This document shows, one piece after another, positions 12,384 through 24,976 of a stretch of DNA of 54,552 nt; within the stretch, counting starts at the first letter, position 1, and each line of letters begins with the position of its first letter. The translations under genes were made by a program, and so were the position numbers. Origin of the DNA: Selaginella moellendorffii (taxonomy: Eukaryota > Plantae > Lycopodiophyta); the NCBI RefSeq assembly GCF_000143415.4, contig NW_003314339.1, forward strand, positions 1 to 54,552, read 5' to 3'. A model generated the notes under the pieces. It was not told where the DNA came from and ran no database searches. It was given only the letters and a program-made list of their open reading frames with translations.

Positions 12384-14380
12384 ATGAAGAGAAAGATGCC
12401 AGCTCATCCACCCCGATGCCTCAGATACGTCATACACCATATTCCTAGGCTTCCCAGCAACGACACAACCACCTGGCTCAAGGACCACGGATTCGAGCTC
12501 CTCCACAAGGCCTTTTCAACACACCCTGATCAAAAATTAGTGAGGAAACTGGCTGCCTCCTTCAACCCAAGAACAGCACCATAACCAACGGCACCAACAA
12601 GATCACCCTCAGCCCAGCAAGAATCGCCTCTGTTTTCAAAATCTCCAACAAGGGACTACTCAAATTTTCAGGAGAAGTTCCACAGCAAATCATCAAGGCC
12701 AATCGAGAAATTACCGGTGAGCTCACATGGGAGGGCATTGAGGAGCAGCATATGGATCGCCTGAAAGCCCTCCTCCCCTACTACGAACTTCGCCCAACAG
12801 ATCGCACCATCGGCAAGCGCACAGCAGAAGTCTACGGAGCTCTACTCGACGGCAAACGTGTGAACGTGGCTCATCATCTCCATGAGCTCCTTCTCAAGCT
12901 TCTCGACCGCGCCATCCTCGCCACACTCAACAAGAAAACCATGCGCACAGTAATCTTCCCACTGCTGATCGCTCTACACCAAGCTCTTCCCAACAAGCAA
13001 CCGTGGACAACCCAAACAAACTCCACAGAACAAAGCGACAGCTCCAAAGAACACTCAGAATCAGAAGGAGCAACCCCCAGCAAGAAACCGAAGCCAGCAT
13101 CTCAACAATCAGGCTCAACTCACTCCAACAACACCAGCTCCAGCAACAAACACTCCAACAATTCAACTCCACTTCGCCGCCGCTTCACACGCAAAACACC
13201 AGCGAATCCAGCTCCCAAACCGCTGATCCGAGAGCACCTCATCATCAGCGACAAGGAACACAACTCACACCACCATCAACAATCACCCCAGAGCCCGCAT
13301 CCACTCGAATCAGCCCCAAAACTGACAACTTCTCACAAACACATCAACATCGCCAAAGAAAAACGTCAGCTGATCGCCCAGAACTCAATTTCTACACCAG
13401 CTGAGAACAACATTCTCAACGCCCCGACCTCCTTGACACGTTCCACAAAAGAAAACATTGACTACCTTCGCCAATCACTTGAAGAACACGCAACCATGTC
13501 TCCTCCAGCAAATACCACGACCAGCATTCACAAAAATTCCGCCCCTTCAACAAAATTCCAAGCGAAAAATTTCTCAACGGATAAATTAATTTCAGCACCA
13601 CATCTGGGCCATTCATCCACCATCAATCTGAAAAGCTCATCTCCAACCACCTCAAAGAATCTGGCCCGACCACGTCACCCACATCCAACGAAGCAGATTC
13701 AGCCTCCAGCAACTTCAACTCCCGGGACCAAGAACACAGCGAACCCTAGCGAGAAACACCAGGATCACCGAACAGGAGCAGGAGCAGCAACCATGCCTCA
13801 GCCACAGAGTCAGGTACGCCGTGATTATGACGAGATCAGGAAGGAGTACGAAGATAAACTTCGCGACCCAAGCTACTGCACCCGCAAGTTGTTTGAAGCC
13901 CTGGATCAACGCATGCACCGTGAGCAAGCAAACTACTTCCCAACACCAGCTGACATTGCACAGCATCTTCTCAAGCAAGACTCCTTCATATACACCCGGG
14001 GAGCGATCAAGAAGGAATTTTATGAGCCTTTAAACCACCGGCTGGATACTCAGATTGAAGAGATGAAGCAGATCCGCACTGACCTCCAGGACATCAGGAA
14101 GATCATCTCCAAGCAGCCATCAACCCCATCAGCAGCTCATGAATTCACCTACAAATTCAAATACGAAGAGCTCAACACCCGCTACCGGAAACTCGAGGAT
14201 GATCATACTGCCCTGCTAGCTGAGGTAGCCGACCTCCAGGAAGATGGGACAGATCCACCAGACAGCGTCCCTAACCACGAGCTTACACTCCCACAGCAAA
14301 AACGTCGCCTCTATCGACTTGAACAGCAGCAGCAACAAGCGATGGAAACTGACTATGTTCACACCGAGGACGGTGTCTAG
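12384..14380 (+). CDS. Additional 3' ORF of family A (env-position ORF; N-terminus resembles PMD/plant transposon protein, C-terminal coiled coil); frameshifted at ~12567
   Basis: 542-aa ORF 12752-14380 ends just before the PPT. The upstream frame MKRKMPAH...KLVRKLAASFN is continuous with it in copy 2 (FNTKNSTITNG...). Confidence 0.65.
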
Positions 14381-14387
14381 TTTTGTC

Positions 14388-14399
14388 AGGGGAGCAGAA
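14388..14399 (+). promoter_or_regulatory. Polypurine tract
   Basis: AGGGGAGCAGAA immediately before the 3' LTR TG. Confidence 0.8.
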
Positions 14400-14694
14400 T
14401 GTAGCAACCAAAAACCCAGGTTCAGGGGACTCCGACTTTGAACCCAGGGCTGCATCGGAGCCATAGATTAAATCATGCACAGCATATAGTATATGCTAGC
14501 AGTTAGAACCGCTAGCCTTTCAAAAGGGGAAATCCGAATTGTGGATCCCTATCTCCATTCCATTGTTTTTCTTATCAATACACAGCATTCTTTTACTCGT
14601 GCTTCTTCTCTGCCCTTGGAGATCAGGCCCTTTTCTCTTTTGTTTTCTTACTAACAATAGATTTCCAGCCAAGAAGAGTTTTCACACCTCTTCA
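14400..14694 (+). repeat. 3' LTR of family A copy 1
   Basis: Direct repeat of 4118-4412. Confidence 0.95.
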
Positions 14695-15100
14695 CCATTG
14701 GAGAAGTCTAAGAAAATTTGTGGAAAATTTCCATCCTAGAGAAAGAATGACTTTCAGTCCAGGATTGCAAACTTTCAAGACTCAACCAACTTCCTCCTAC
14801 AAACAACTTCACATAGGTTCACCTCAACACAAATTCTCATGATCCAACAATATGCTTAAGCATCGAACATCTTTGCCCATCTAATTGATATCCAAACCAA
14901 CATCCGCAAAGTGCAAAATGAACATCAAAGGCTTGATCACGAAGACTACATCTTCGGATATCCATATTGCACTAGCACTCTTCTTCAACCACCTTCAAGA
15001 TCCAATGTGAAGCCAAAACACTAACAAGAAAAATGACATGGAAAATCAAGCTTTAAGGAAAAATTCCTCTTCACTCGAAATAATGATGCCACTTCCACCA
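14695..15100 (-). mobile_element. Family C copy 2, internal-region fragment left of the TIR insertion
   Basis: Reverse complement of ~19542-19949. Continues at 29051 once the TIR element is removed. Confidence 0.88.
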
Positions 15101-15127
15101 AAGCTCTATTTCGTTAAAGTGGGAATT
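15101..15127 (+). repeat. Left terminal inverted repeat
   Basis: AAGCTCTATTTCGTTAAAGTGGGAATT. Confidence 0.92.
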
Positions 15128-15478
15128 GTCATTATCCCACTTGTAAAATAAGGTTTCCAAACCTTTATATAGTATATAAATATAACAAAATTCAACTGCA
15201 TTGAGGCACATGCCATTTTATTTTAAACAAGGAAATGTCTACTCAATCACTTCTCCTCCCCTTGCCACTGCTTCACCTCTCTCTTCTCCTTGTCATCGTC
15301 GTCCAATTTCTTTCCATCCTTTTAATATTGGCTCAGTTGCTCCGAGTCTAGGTGGAGCCCAAGTCCCCATTCAATCTTTACTTTCCCCTTATTAATAAAA
15401 CAACTTCGTAGACTTCCAATAACATGCTGTAACACTTCTAGTATAATGCAAATCCTCTCAAAGAATTGTCTTTTAATA

Positions 15479-18400
15479 TTAATACAATGGCATGGAACTC
15501 TCCAACTTCTCAGCTTTACTTTTCGTGGCATCCCGCAGCAGATCGATGAACTTGGGGGCCCCCTTCACGTACTCGTCGATGTCTTCATTTGACAACTCCA
15601 GCTCTTCCATCATCTCTTGCGTGGTGTCGATGCTCACCCTCTCCACGGCCACTTGCTCGAAGATCCAATCCTTCAATAGCGCACGAGCTCTCAGAGTCGT
15701 GCACAAGTCCTCGTATGTCACAATATGGTCGAGAGTCATTTTGGTCTTGTTGAAGACTACCTCACCACGTAGAAGAGCATTAGCCACTGTCAAAAGGTCG
15801 TCGTCGTCTAGAGACCGCGAGAAACGCAAGGCGTTGAGCTTCAAATCATTGGGCTTCCGGCCGTCCTCCACACCCATTGAGTTTAGCAACTCCCCGTCAT
15901 GGTACCTCCTCAGCACATCTACCCATTTGTCAAAAACAACTTTTGTCGCAAGTAGAATGTTATGGATGCTGAGTGTGTCATTGACCCCCAGTGTTTTCGA
16001 GAGAAGACTCGAGAATTCCTACAATGGAAATGGCGTGAGGCCACATGCTATGCCACATGCAACGAGGCTTACCTGCCAGGCGCTAGTTGCTAGTGCATGT
16101 CCTTGTCCTGGTTTTTGTGGCTTCTTCAGTTGAACCCAGAGCTTCCATGTTCGTGCCAATGTCTCGTGCAGACCCAATTTGTAGCACGTTTCTTTCTTGA
16201 CATTCTGCGCGTGGGAGATGTATATGATAGATCGGAGGGGCGAGTTACCTTTTATCAGGCGGACAACTCTTGTCTTGAAGACTTTCTTCACCTCCTCACC
16301 CACCATAATATCCACAACTATCTCTTGCATCGCCAAGCTAGAATGCTGCCCGGAGACGGCATAGAACCGGATGTTCTGATCGTCCAACACCTTCCTATTG
16401 ATCAAGTCTGGAAACCTCGTCTCGCCCTTCATTGTTCGGTAGTAGGGGATCATGTCTGCGATGTCGGGTGTTACTGGACTTGTCAGCATCTTCTGCTTCA
16501 GTTTCTCCACCCACTCATCAGATACTAGCCTGTGGTTGTATTTGCTTTGGATGTCGATGTGGCTCACGTCGATTGTATATACTTTGTTGGAATAGTAACA
16601 AGTACTATTATCTGCGACGATTTTTGCTACCTCTTCTTGCTCTTTCTGCTCTTTGCGGCTCTTCTTTTTGGTGGGTGTAGTGTTCGAACCCGAGGCAATG
16701 GCATCACCGAGTAGCTTCTTTTTTGGAGCAGGAGAGTCGGACGTCGGCTTGAGCTTGACCACCCTTTTCTGCTTCGGGGTAGTTTCCAGATCGACCCCCT
16801 TCCCCTTCGCTTCGCGAACTGGAGTCACTCTCAACGGCTCAATGTTGGAATATAGTTTTTGAACATCGCCGTAGGTGAGGTCCGTGGATTCCATGTGATC
16901 TTCATAGACCCGCAGCGTCTTTGAAATTGTGGGCCTCCTGGACAACCTCTCCCTAGCTCCCTCTAGGAATTCCTCATAGCCGCTGCCCCCCTCCAGTGTC
17001 GCGTATGTGACTTCGGGTATCGAAAGTTACCTGTCGGCTAGTCCTTACGGACACTCTTACCTTACTGCCACGATGGCAGGAGGTCGGTATTGCTGGTTCC
17101 CTTTATCAGCCCCTCTTGTTCAAGTGTTAGTTTACTGGGCTTAGCACCTGTACTTAGCCAGATGGACATAAGGTAGGAACTCCTATGTGTTTCTAGCTGA
17201 GCATACTCAGCCTGGCTCTTAGTTCTCTTTTGCTCTGTCTTGCACTGGCTTGACAAGAACCCTCGCGTATTGAGATTGGTCCCTCAATATCGCCGGATGA
17301 TAGCTTACCGTGTCTGCCAAACACCCTCGCTATCATGCCCTTTGTGTTAGTCTCATTTCGGTCCCAAATGCTATTTATAGAAAGTGTCCAGATTTGCTCA
17401 TTTGGCATATCTACGGAATGTAGAGATCGTCCTGAACACAAAGGTGTTCGTCCCATGTCCAAATTCGCAATCTAGGGACATTCCATATTTAGTAAGTTTC
17501 GAGCTTGTCCCAGAGACTAACTCTTGATACTAAGGGAGGCTTGGGGTGAAAGCCCAAAGCGTGTGTTCTTCAAGGGGGGGGGGGGGCTGTGGGGGGTTCC
17601 AAATGTATAGTAGGGATAGTGGGTAGGTCGGGCATGGCCGACCAACCTGAGGCATAGTCTAGCTCCTGCTTGCGTGCCTGTCCTTGTTCTGCGTCCGGCT
17701 TGGGTTTAAGCCCAAGTTCCATTCCATGCTAGTTGGTGGAGTACCCATATCCTTGCGTTAGGCCACCGGTATGCCAAAATAACGCCAGACTCCGTTTGGC
17801 TCCGTTTTGCGTGCTGGTCCTAGCATTGGGATGCTGGTTGCTCTAGGACTGTTCCAAGTCGCTTCGGGCTCCTGTCCCTTTGCTCCTTGGGCTTTATGCT
17901 CGGGAGTTGCTCCGTGGTTCGGTCCCATCACTCCTTAGCTTTGTGCTTGGGAGTTTGGCACTGTTCCTTCGTTCAGTGGCCCAAGGCCCTGAACCTTGGG
18001 TTCCTATGGACACGTGGCATCTGTCACGTGGCACAAAGAGGGTTTAGGTTCCGCTTCGTGGTGTTATCCTATGGTAAATCACCATAGGATAAAGGGTCAA
18101 AACCACGTGCGCTACATTTGGTATCAGAGGATACGTCTCAGCGAGTACTATTCAATGAGATTGGGCAACTAGTCTCGTTGCATACGCAGAGATGAAAACG
18201 ATGATCCGAGTGGGTACACGTTTGGGTGCAAAGACTTCGCGTTCGTTCCTTGGGTATGGATTCGGTTACCTTGTTGTACCATATTCTGTGAGCTTGAGCT
18301 TGGGCTCATAAGAGGGAATAAGTTGTTCCAATTTACACGAGTTTGCGCTTGGGCTCGTGAGTGAGGCATATTAGCAACTCAAGGTTACACTTTGAGTTGG

Positions 18401-21400
18401 CAGGATTAATGTTAGCCTATCGGTCGTTCCATGGGTTGTTCCAATGGTTCCGTGAGTTGTTCCATGTACCATGGGTGAAAGCAAACTTTCCCTGGGTTTG
18501 CTATGAGTGGCAAATAGGCTGGTCCGTAGCTGTTTAGCACGGCACTAGTGGATCCTTCCTAGGCATGATTATAAGTGGATCAATCAAGATTATAGGGATT
18601 AGTCTATTGATTCAAGTAGTCATTGCCGTGCTCTCTCATAAACTTTTCTTGGATTGGACTGAAGGCAGTGCGAAAGCAAGCTTGAGGTTCACTCAAAGAT
18701 GAGACCGAAAAGAGAGTCATCGGGGACGAAGGATCAAACACGTAAATCATCTTCTCTTCTTGGAGGGATGATTTGCAACAAGGTGTGACTCATTGCTCGT
18801 GTTCACATTATGCAATCAAGAGTCCCTATCTTGATGCATATTGGAGATGATGGTCTTACAAGTGGTGAGTCATGAGATGGATAGTGGTGAAGCACTATAC
18901 CATTTTGTTTAGACTCGCTATTGGAAGACTTGAGTTACAATGCTCAATTCTTTTCCGGGGAACCTTGTTATTGCTCCTTGAGTAGCTTGGTGTTGGATTA
19001 GTGTTGAGTTTGGTCGAAAAGAGAGTGGCATGAGTTTGTCCATGTTGTGAACAAAAGTTAGTGGTGCTGAGTGTTGTAAATCTCTATCGGTGGAGTGTGG
19101 CATTTATGTTGCATTTTGTCGAATCGAGTTTGCACTTGATACTCACATAAACCTTTGAAGTAATGACATAGACATTACTTGTGGTGTTGCTTAATTGATA
19201 ATCAAATCATTGTGATTTCCATATCATATCCATGGGATAATGAGCAATGTGTTTACGAAGTTGCTTGGTTAAACAATGATCAACCCCAAAATGGTTGATG
19301 GAGAAGCTAGTCTATTTACACGAAGTAGCATTGTAGTAGCTTTGACTGAGTTCTCATTAGTGGTTCATTATGCTAAGCTTAAGTTGGTCCCTTGTTTCCT
19401 TGAGTTTGCCCACTAAGGTGTTGGAAAAGGGTTGTAGCATTCACTTGCTATGGCTTGTCAGTTGGTCCGTTAGCACTTGGAATAGATTGTTGGATGGAAA
19501 AAGTGTGTAGTTAAGGCATTGATAGCGCTAGCACTTGTGTTAGTGGAAGTGGCATTGTTGATTCGAGTGATGAGGAATTTTCCTTAGAGCTTGATTTTCC
19601 ATGTCATTTTTCTTGTTAGTGTTTTGGCTTCACATTGGATCTTGAAGGTAATCGAAGAAGAGTGTTAGTGCAATGTGAATATCCGAAGATATGGTCTCCA
19701 TGATCAAGCTTTAGATGTTCATTTTGCATTCTGCGGACGTCAGTGTTGGATGTTGAAAGAATGGGCAAAAAGATGTTCGAGACTTAAGCATACTATGGGT
19801 CATGAGAATTTGTGTTGAGGTGAGCCTATGTGAAGTTGTTAAGTAGGAGGAAGTTGGTTGAGTCTTGAAAGTTTGCATTCTTGGACTGAGAGCCATTCTT
19901 TCTTTAGGATGGAAAATTTTCCACAAATTTTCTTAGACTTTTCCAACGGCTGATCTATTATCACTTTGTCCGAAAACCATTCCGTTTTCGTAAGCCAGTA
20001 CAAACTAGTGAAAGGGTTGGAGTTGACTTCGGTTGGCTTAGACTTTAGTAGGTAGTTTGTATGATGCGGCCCGAAAGGGATGCTAGCTTTTGGGGCTAAG
20101 GCAATTGAGTTGGATAGAGTCTGGATTTAGTGTAGAAAAGTGGCCGTTGCGCTTTTCTAGAAAGGTGACCCTTGTGCCTTTCTTTTGTAGCGTTATGCTT
20201 GGTGGTAGATTGCACATTGCATTTCGTTAGACTCTATGAGAGTAGTGAGCTCTCACTGATCTTGACTTGGTCTTGGTGGCCCTACGCCTTGGCTGAGGAT
20301 GGTGATGTTCAACTTAGTTGTTTGAGTTTGAGATGTTGGTACCCGTACTGTAGCTTTGTCTATGAGGAGGTTGTGTACCGATATGGATCCATCTCATGGT
20401 CTTCACTTTAGTTTCGACTAAGTGTTGATTATGCATAGCTAGCCTCTTCAAGGCATGCTCAGAGCTATTGACTAGATGTGTTTGTGAGCTTATTGCGGTT
20501 GAGTTGGATTTGAGTGGTCATTTAGTTCGTGCTTGTCTATGAACCTTTATCTCATACTAGGGTATTACGTTCATGTTGGACAAGTGTGTGATTCGATGAC
20601 ATGAGTTTAGTGTTGGGTCTTGTGAAGACAAGTTGAAGAGTGGTTGTTGGTTGCTTTGCGACTAGTGATTACTTGTAGACTTCGTCAAGGACTTTCAACA
20701 CTTGCTTCACTTGATGATGATTTAGCAGTGGTGGGCTTGCTTTACCGGATGGTGTTGCGGAGGATCGTGTCGTTAGACTTACATGGGTTTTCCATGTTGG
20801 CATATTGACTCTACCTCTGTTGACATCATTTGGTTGCGTTTAGTTCATAGTGTTGGATTTCATTAAGTCTTGGACATGGTGATTCACTTCTTGAGGAAGT
20901 GTTATCTATAACTGAGTTTTGCTAAAGAATTGGTCTCGGATACTAACTAAAGTATCTTCGACCTTGGTTAGCTTGGTTGCTAAAGAGCTTTGAGTGGTGA
21001 TACACTTGTGCTTTCTTTTAGCTTTGTTCTAGTGTTGATAACATTGAAGTGATGCCTTTTCATTGACATTGTTGAAGTTGATATTCAAGTGAAATGAGAT
21101 ATCTCTCCATAGGATTGATATTGAGTGTCATTAGTCTCGATGAAAATAGTGTTGATGATTTGGCTATGACTTTGTGTTATTGGCATTCGTGCATTTGCTA
21201 GTTAGCAATTGTCTTGATGTTCACATGAACTGAGTGGCAAGTTTGAGTTAGTTGTGTTCTAGACGAGATTGTTTAGTAAGGGTTAAGCTTTGGCTTTTCC
21301 TTGAAAAGTGATTCAGTCGTGGACTATACTAACTCTACAAGCAGTAGAGTTAGTGATTGATATTAGAATGTTTAAATCCTTATTGGATTTGAGTTGGAAT

Positions 21401-24400
21401 ATATCGATCATTGATGATTCTTCTTGTGCTTGTTATGAAGTGAGTTACGTCTTGCTATAGATGGATTTATGGAGGATCGTTTAATGATCATTTATTGAGC
21501 ATAGCTTCGTTATGCTTAGCTTTTGGATTGATGCAGATATGCTCTTCATTAGCTTTGGCATTATGAAGTTTAGCTTATAGATGTGTTGAGGAGGATATTG
21601 TGGGTTGTACCATGATTTCTTCTTTAGCATTGACGTTAGTCTATGCGAGACTCGTGATCATTATTAAGCAAGACTTGGCTATAGACTTCTTCGAGCTTTT
21701 AGTTCTTTGAGTTTTCATGCTCATTGTTCCATTTGTTAGGAGTTGTTGGGGGAAGGCATTTTGGCTCATTAGCTTCGATGTTGACGTTAGTATTTGCATT
21801 TAGCAATCATTGGTGATGATTGACTATCATCTAAGATAGTTAATTATCCTTGTCTGGGGTTTTGCTTGATTATTGTTGGTATAGAATCATTTGCTGTTCT
21901 TCGGGATAGTAGATTCTTTCTTCAATGGTGATTATGCATCTCTTTATTGATGGGATGATTACTGATCTTTCATGATAGTCAGTTATCTCTTTGATAGCTT
22001 TTGGCTTTTCGCAATATCACATGTTCTTTGTGGTTTGCTCTGGATTGGTCTCTTGGGTTTGAGACATCAGTAGGATGTTGCTGACACTTGCTTAGGCGAC
22101 TTGAGTTTCTTGGTGTTGTTGGCTAGGATCTGTTCAGATTGACTAGTGCGATAGTTGGCATTAACGAGTGTTTGTTGGTCTTACCGCATTCATTCTGTTT
22201 TGTTGATTATTGCTCGCGTTAGTTCTGATAGATCAGGATGTTATTTCCTTCAGGTGATACATTCGCGAGCATTTTGCTTGTCAGTCAATGATACTTTGTG
22301 TTCTTTGAGTTTTCTTTGGTAAGTTGTTTGGCTTACTGTCTGCTATCTTCGGTAGTTAAGTTTTATCATTGAGTTTCCTTGATGACATACTTGCTATTGA
22401 ATTTTGCTGGATAGTGATTCCTATGCCTACCAATTATGACGATCTTGGTGGTTCCTATCCTATACTACTAGTTTATCAGATGATAAATTTGTTGGAATAC
22501 TTTTGTATTCTAATCTAAGCTTTATTCACTGATAATTAAGTCTCTAAGCTATCATTGTCTATGACTTTGATATTATCCATCTATTGATCTTTGAGTTTGG
22601 GCCAGTATAGGTAGACTGGCTTCGGCACTTCGTGTGCATGTTGAAATCTCTAGTCATGGGGTAGCTACTGTCGACTGGTCACATAACCCGCCTCTTTGTC
22701 GATGTTCCTTATTCCGTTAAAAGGGCGTGACCATGTAAACAACTCTAACTGCCTGTTTACAGTAGTCTATCTAAACCTTACCGACGGGTTTGGTTTCTTT
22801 GCTCAGGAGGGTTGGGGTCTCTGGCTTCTCTCTCTATGTTCCTGCGGGCAGGGGCGTATCACACTTTTGTAAGCTGGGTGACTCCTAGAGCAGCAAGGGT
22901 GGCTGACTCCGTTGGTCATTTCCTTGTCGGTGACGGCTGGAAGGTGTCTGAGCTGGTAGCGCATCCGCGTTAGACAAAGAGGTTGCCCCCTAACTCATTT
23001 AAGTTGGTGCATTTCTCACATAGTGTGCATACCGTGAACTTTTTCTAGAGTTGTTTCCTTAGCGGTATTCTAGACTCGAGTGTGCATCGACGAGGACGTC
23101 GATCTTCCCTAGGGGGGGAGAGTGTCGCGCATGTGACTTCGGGTATCGAAAGTTACCTGTCGGCTAGTCCTTACGGACACTCTTACCTTACTGCCACGAT
23201 GGCAGGAGGTCGGTATTGCTGGTTCCCTTTATCAGCCCCTCTTGTTCAAGTGTTAGTTTACTGGGCTTAGCACCTATACTTAGCCAGATGGACATAAGGT
23301 AGGAACTCCTATGTGTTTCTAGCTGAGCATACTCAGCCTGGCTCTTAGTTCTCTTTTGCTCTGTCTTGCACTGGCTTGACAAGAACCCTCGCGTATTGAG
23401 ATTGGTCCCTCAATATCGCCGGATGATAGCTTACCGTGTCTGCCAAACACCCTCGCTATCATGCCCTTTGTGTTAGTCTCATTTCGGTCCCAAATGCTAT
23501 TTATAGAAAGTGTCCAGATTTGCTCATTTGGCATATCTACGGAATGTAGAGATCGTCCTGAACACAAAGGTGTTCGTCCCATGTCCAAATTCGCAATCTA
23601 GGGACATTCCATATTTAGTAAGTTTCGAGCTTGTCCCAGAGACTAACTCCTGATACTAAGGGAGGCTTAGGGTGAAAGCCCAAAGCGTGTGTTCCTCAAG
23701 GGGGGGGGGGCTGTGGGGGGTTCCAAATGTATAGTAGGGATAGTGGGTAGGTCGGGCATGGCCGACCAACCTGAGGCATAGTCTAGCTCCTGCTTGCGTG
23801 CCTGTCCTTGTTCTGCGTCCGGCTTGGGTTTAAGCCCAAGTTCCATTCCATGCTAGTTGGTGGAGTACCCATATCCTTGCGTTAGGCCACCGGTATGCCA
23901 AAATAACGCCAGACTCCGTTTGGCTCCGTTTTGCGTGCTGGTCCTAGCATTGGGATGCTGGTTGCTCTAGGACTGTTCCAAGTCGCTTCAGGCTCCTGTC
24001 CCTTTGCTCCTTGGGCTTTATGCTTGAGAGTTGCTCCGTGGTTCGGTCCCATCACTCCTTGGCTTTGTGCTTGGGAGTTTGGCACTGTTCCTTCGTTCAG
24101 TGGCCCAAGGCCCTGAACCTCGGGTTTCTATGGACATGTGGCATGGACACGTGGCATGTGACACGTGGCATCTGTCACGTGGCACAAAGAGGGTTTAGGT
24201 TCCGCTTCGTGGTGTTATCCTATGGTAAATCACCATAGGATAAAGGGTCAAAACCACGTGCGCTACATCCAGGAAGCCGCTAGGATGTGCAAGGTGAATC
24301 TTGAAGGCGGACGCTATCTCTACCACAAGTGCCAATCCATATTCTTGCATGGAACTGCATGGAGTGTCTGTCACTTGGATGAGGATCTCCATGCATTCTT

Positions 24401-24769
24401 TTCTCCCACCATCTGTGTTGTACAGCCTTAGATCCTCGCCTTCCATCCTGAAAGTCCAACTGGTGAGCTCCTCCCCCTTCTCTGCATCCACATTGACAGT
24501 GGCTGGAAGAAGAACGCAATTCCTCGCCTATTAAAAAATGCACAACAATTAGAGTTGACAGATGAAAAGCTAGCAGCTGGAAATAACGTGAGGCCACACG
24601 CCATCCACCACTGCATCAGATGTCTTGAGGCTGCATCCTAAGATGGCGTGAGGCTACACGCCATCTGTAACCGGACTGCACTCGAGAGCCCAATCGGTGC
24701 ATGCCAATGTTGCTACTGAATGGCATGTGGCCTCATGCCATTTTCTACTTGGCCTAAAAGACTTACCAT
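15479..24769 (-). CDS. Spliced cargo gene with ParB/Sulfiredoxin-like motif, interrupted by the family C insertion
   Basis: Proposed model: ATG 24769-24767, intron 24766-24528 (GTAAGT...TTTTTAATAG), exon 24527-24268 continuing at 16991-16073 after removing the LTR element and one TSD (in frame: PSGFLEGGSGYEEFLEGARERLSRR), 54-bp intron 16072-16019 (GTAAG...TGTAG), exon 16018-15479 in frame. Motif NHRLVSDEWVEKLKQKML...FYAVSGQHSSLAMQ. The start codon is tentative. Confidence 0.7.
16997..18116 (+). repeat. 5' LTR of family C copy 1
   Basis: TGTCGCG...CGCTACA. Confidence 0.95.
18119..18129 (+). promoter_or_regulatory. Primer binding site, tRNA-iMet
   Basis: TGGTATCAGAG right after the LTR. Confidence 0.9.
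23111..23122 (+). promoter_or_regulatory. Polypurine tract
   Basis: AGGGGGGGAGAG before the 3' LTR. Confidence 0.88.
23123..24267 (+). repeat. 3' LTR of family C copy 1
   Basis: Direct repeat of the 5' LTR, with extra ACGTGGC-containing units near 24130-24183. Confidence 0.95.
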
Positions 24770-24921
24770 TTGAAGCCGAATGAAGGCCGTGACAATCGAG
24801 GCCGGACTCGCTGGCGAATGTGCACTGTGTGTGCAGTGGATCGTAGCAGCAAGGCTACTCTGCCACTTACAGTTGGAGAGTAGCGCTGAAATCTCCCGGG
24901 ACGCCAAGTGGGCTGCGTGTG

Positions 24922-24976
24922 GGTGGCGGAGTGGGCGGCGGAGTGGGCGGCGGAGTGGGCGGCGGAGTTGGCGGCA
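24922..24976. repeat. 12-bp tandem repeat (GGCGGAGTGGGC) x~4
   Basis: gggtggcggagt gggcggcggagt gggcggcggagt gggcggcggagt tggcgg. Confidence 0.8.

Larger units (their letters stand above)
4118..14694 (+). mobile_element. Ty3/gypsy LTR retrotransposon family A, copy 1 (non-chromovirus, Athila-like architecture)
   Basis: Two 295-bp LTRs, PBS, PPT, gag-PR-RT-RH-INT order and an extra 3' ORF. No chromodomain. Flanks GTTGC and CCATT do not match. Confidence 0.93.
16997..24267 (+). mobile_element. Family C copy 1: complete non-coding LTR element (LARD-like)
   Basis: LTRs 16997-18116 and 23123-24267 are nearly identical. TSD TCCAG at 16992-16996 and 24268-24272, PBS and PPT present, and 5 kb of internal DNA has no ORF of 80 aa or more. 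Confidence 0.93.

Noticed and set aside
15492-16133. 213-aa plus-strand ORF
   Set aside because: Antisense shadow of the spliced minus-strand gene; Ser-rich with no motifs.
16073-16945. Bacterial or plasmid partition locus, or contamination
   Set aside because: The gene has spliceosomal introns, no parA is visible, and it is nested among plant LTR elements.
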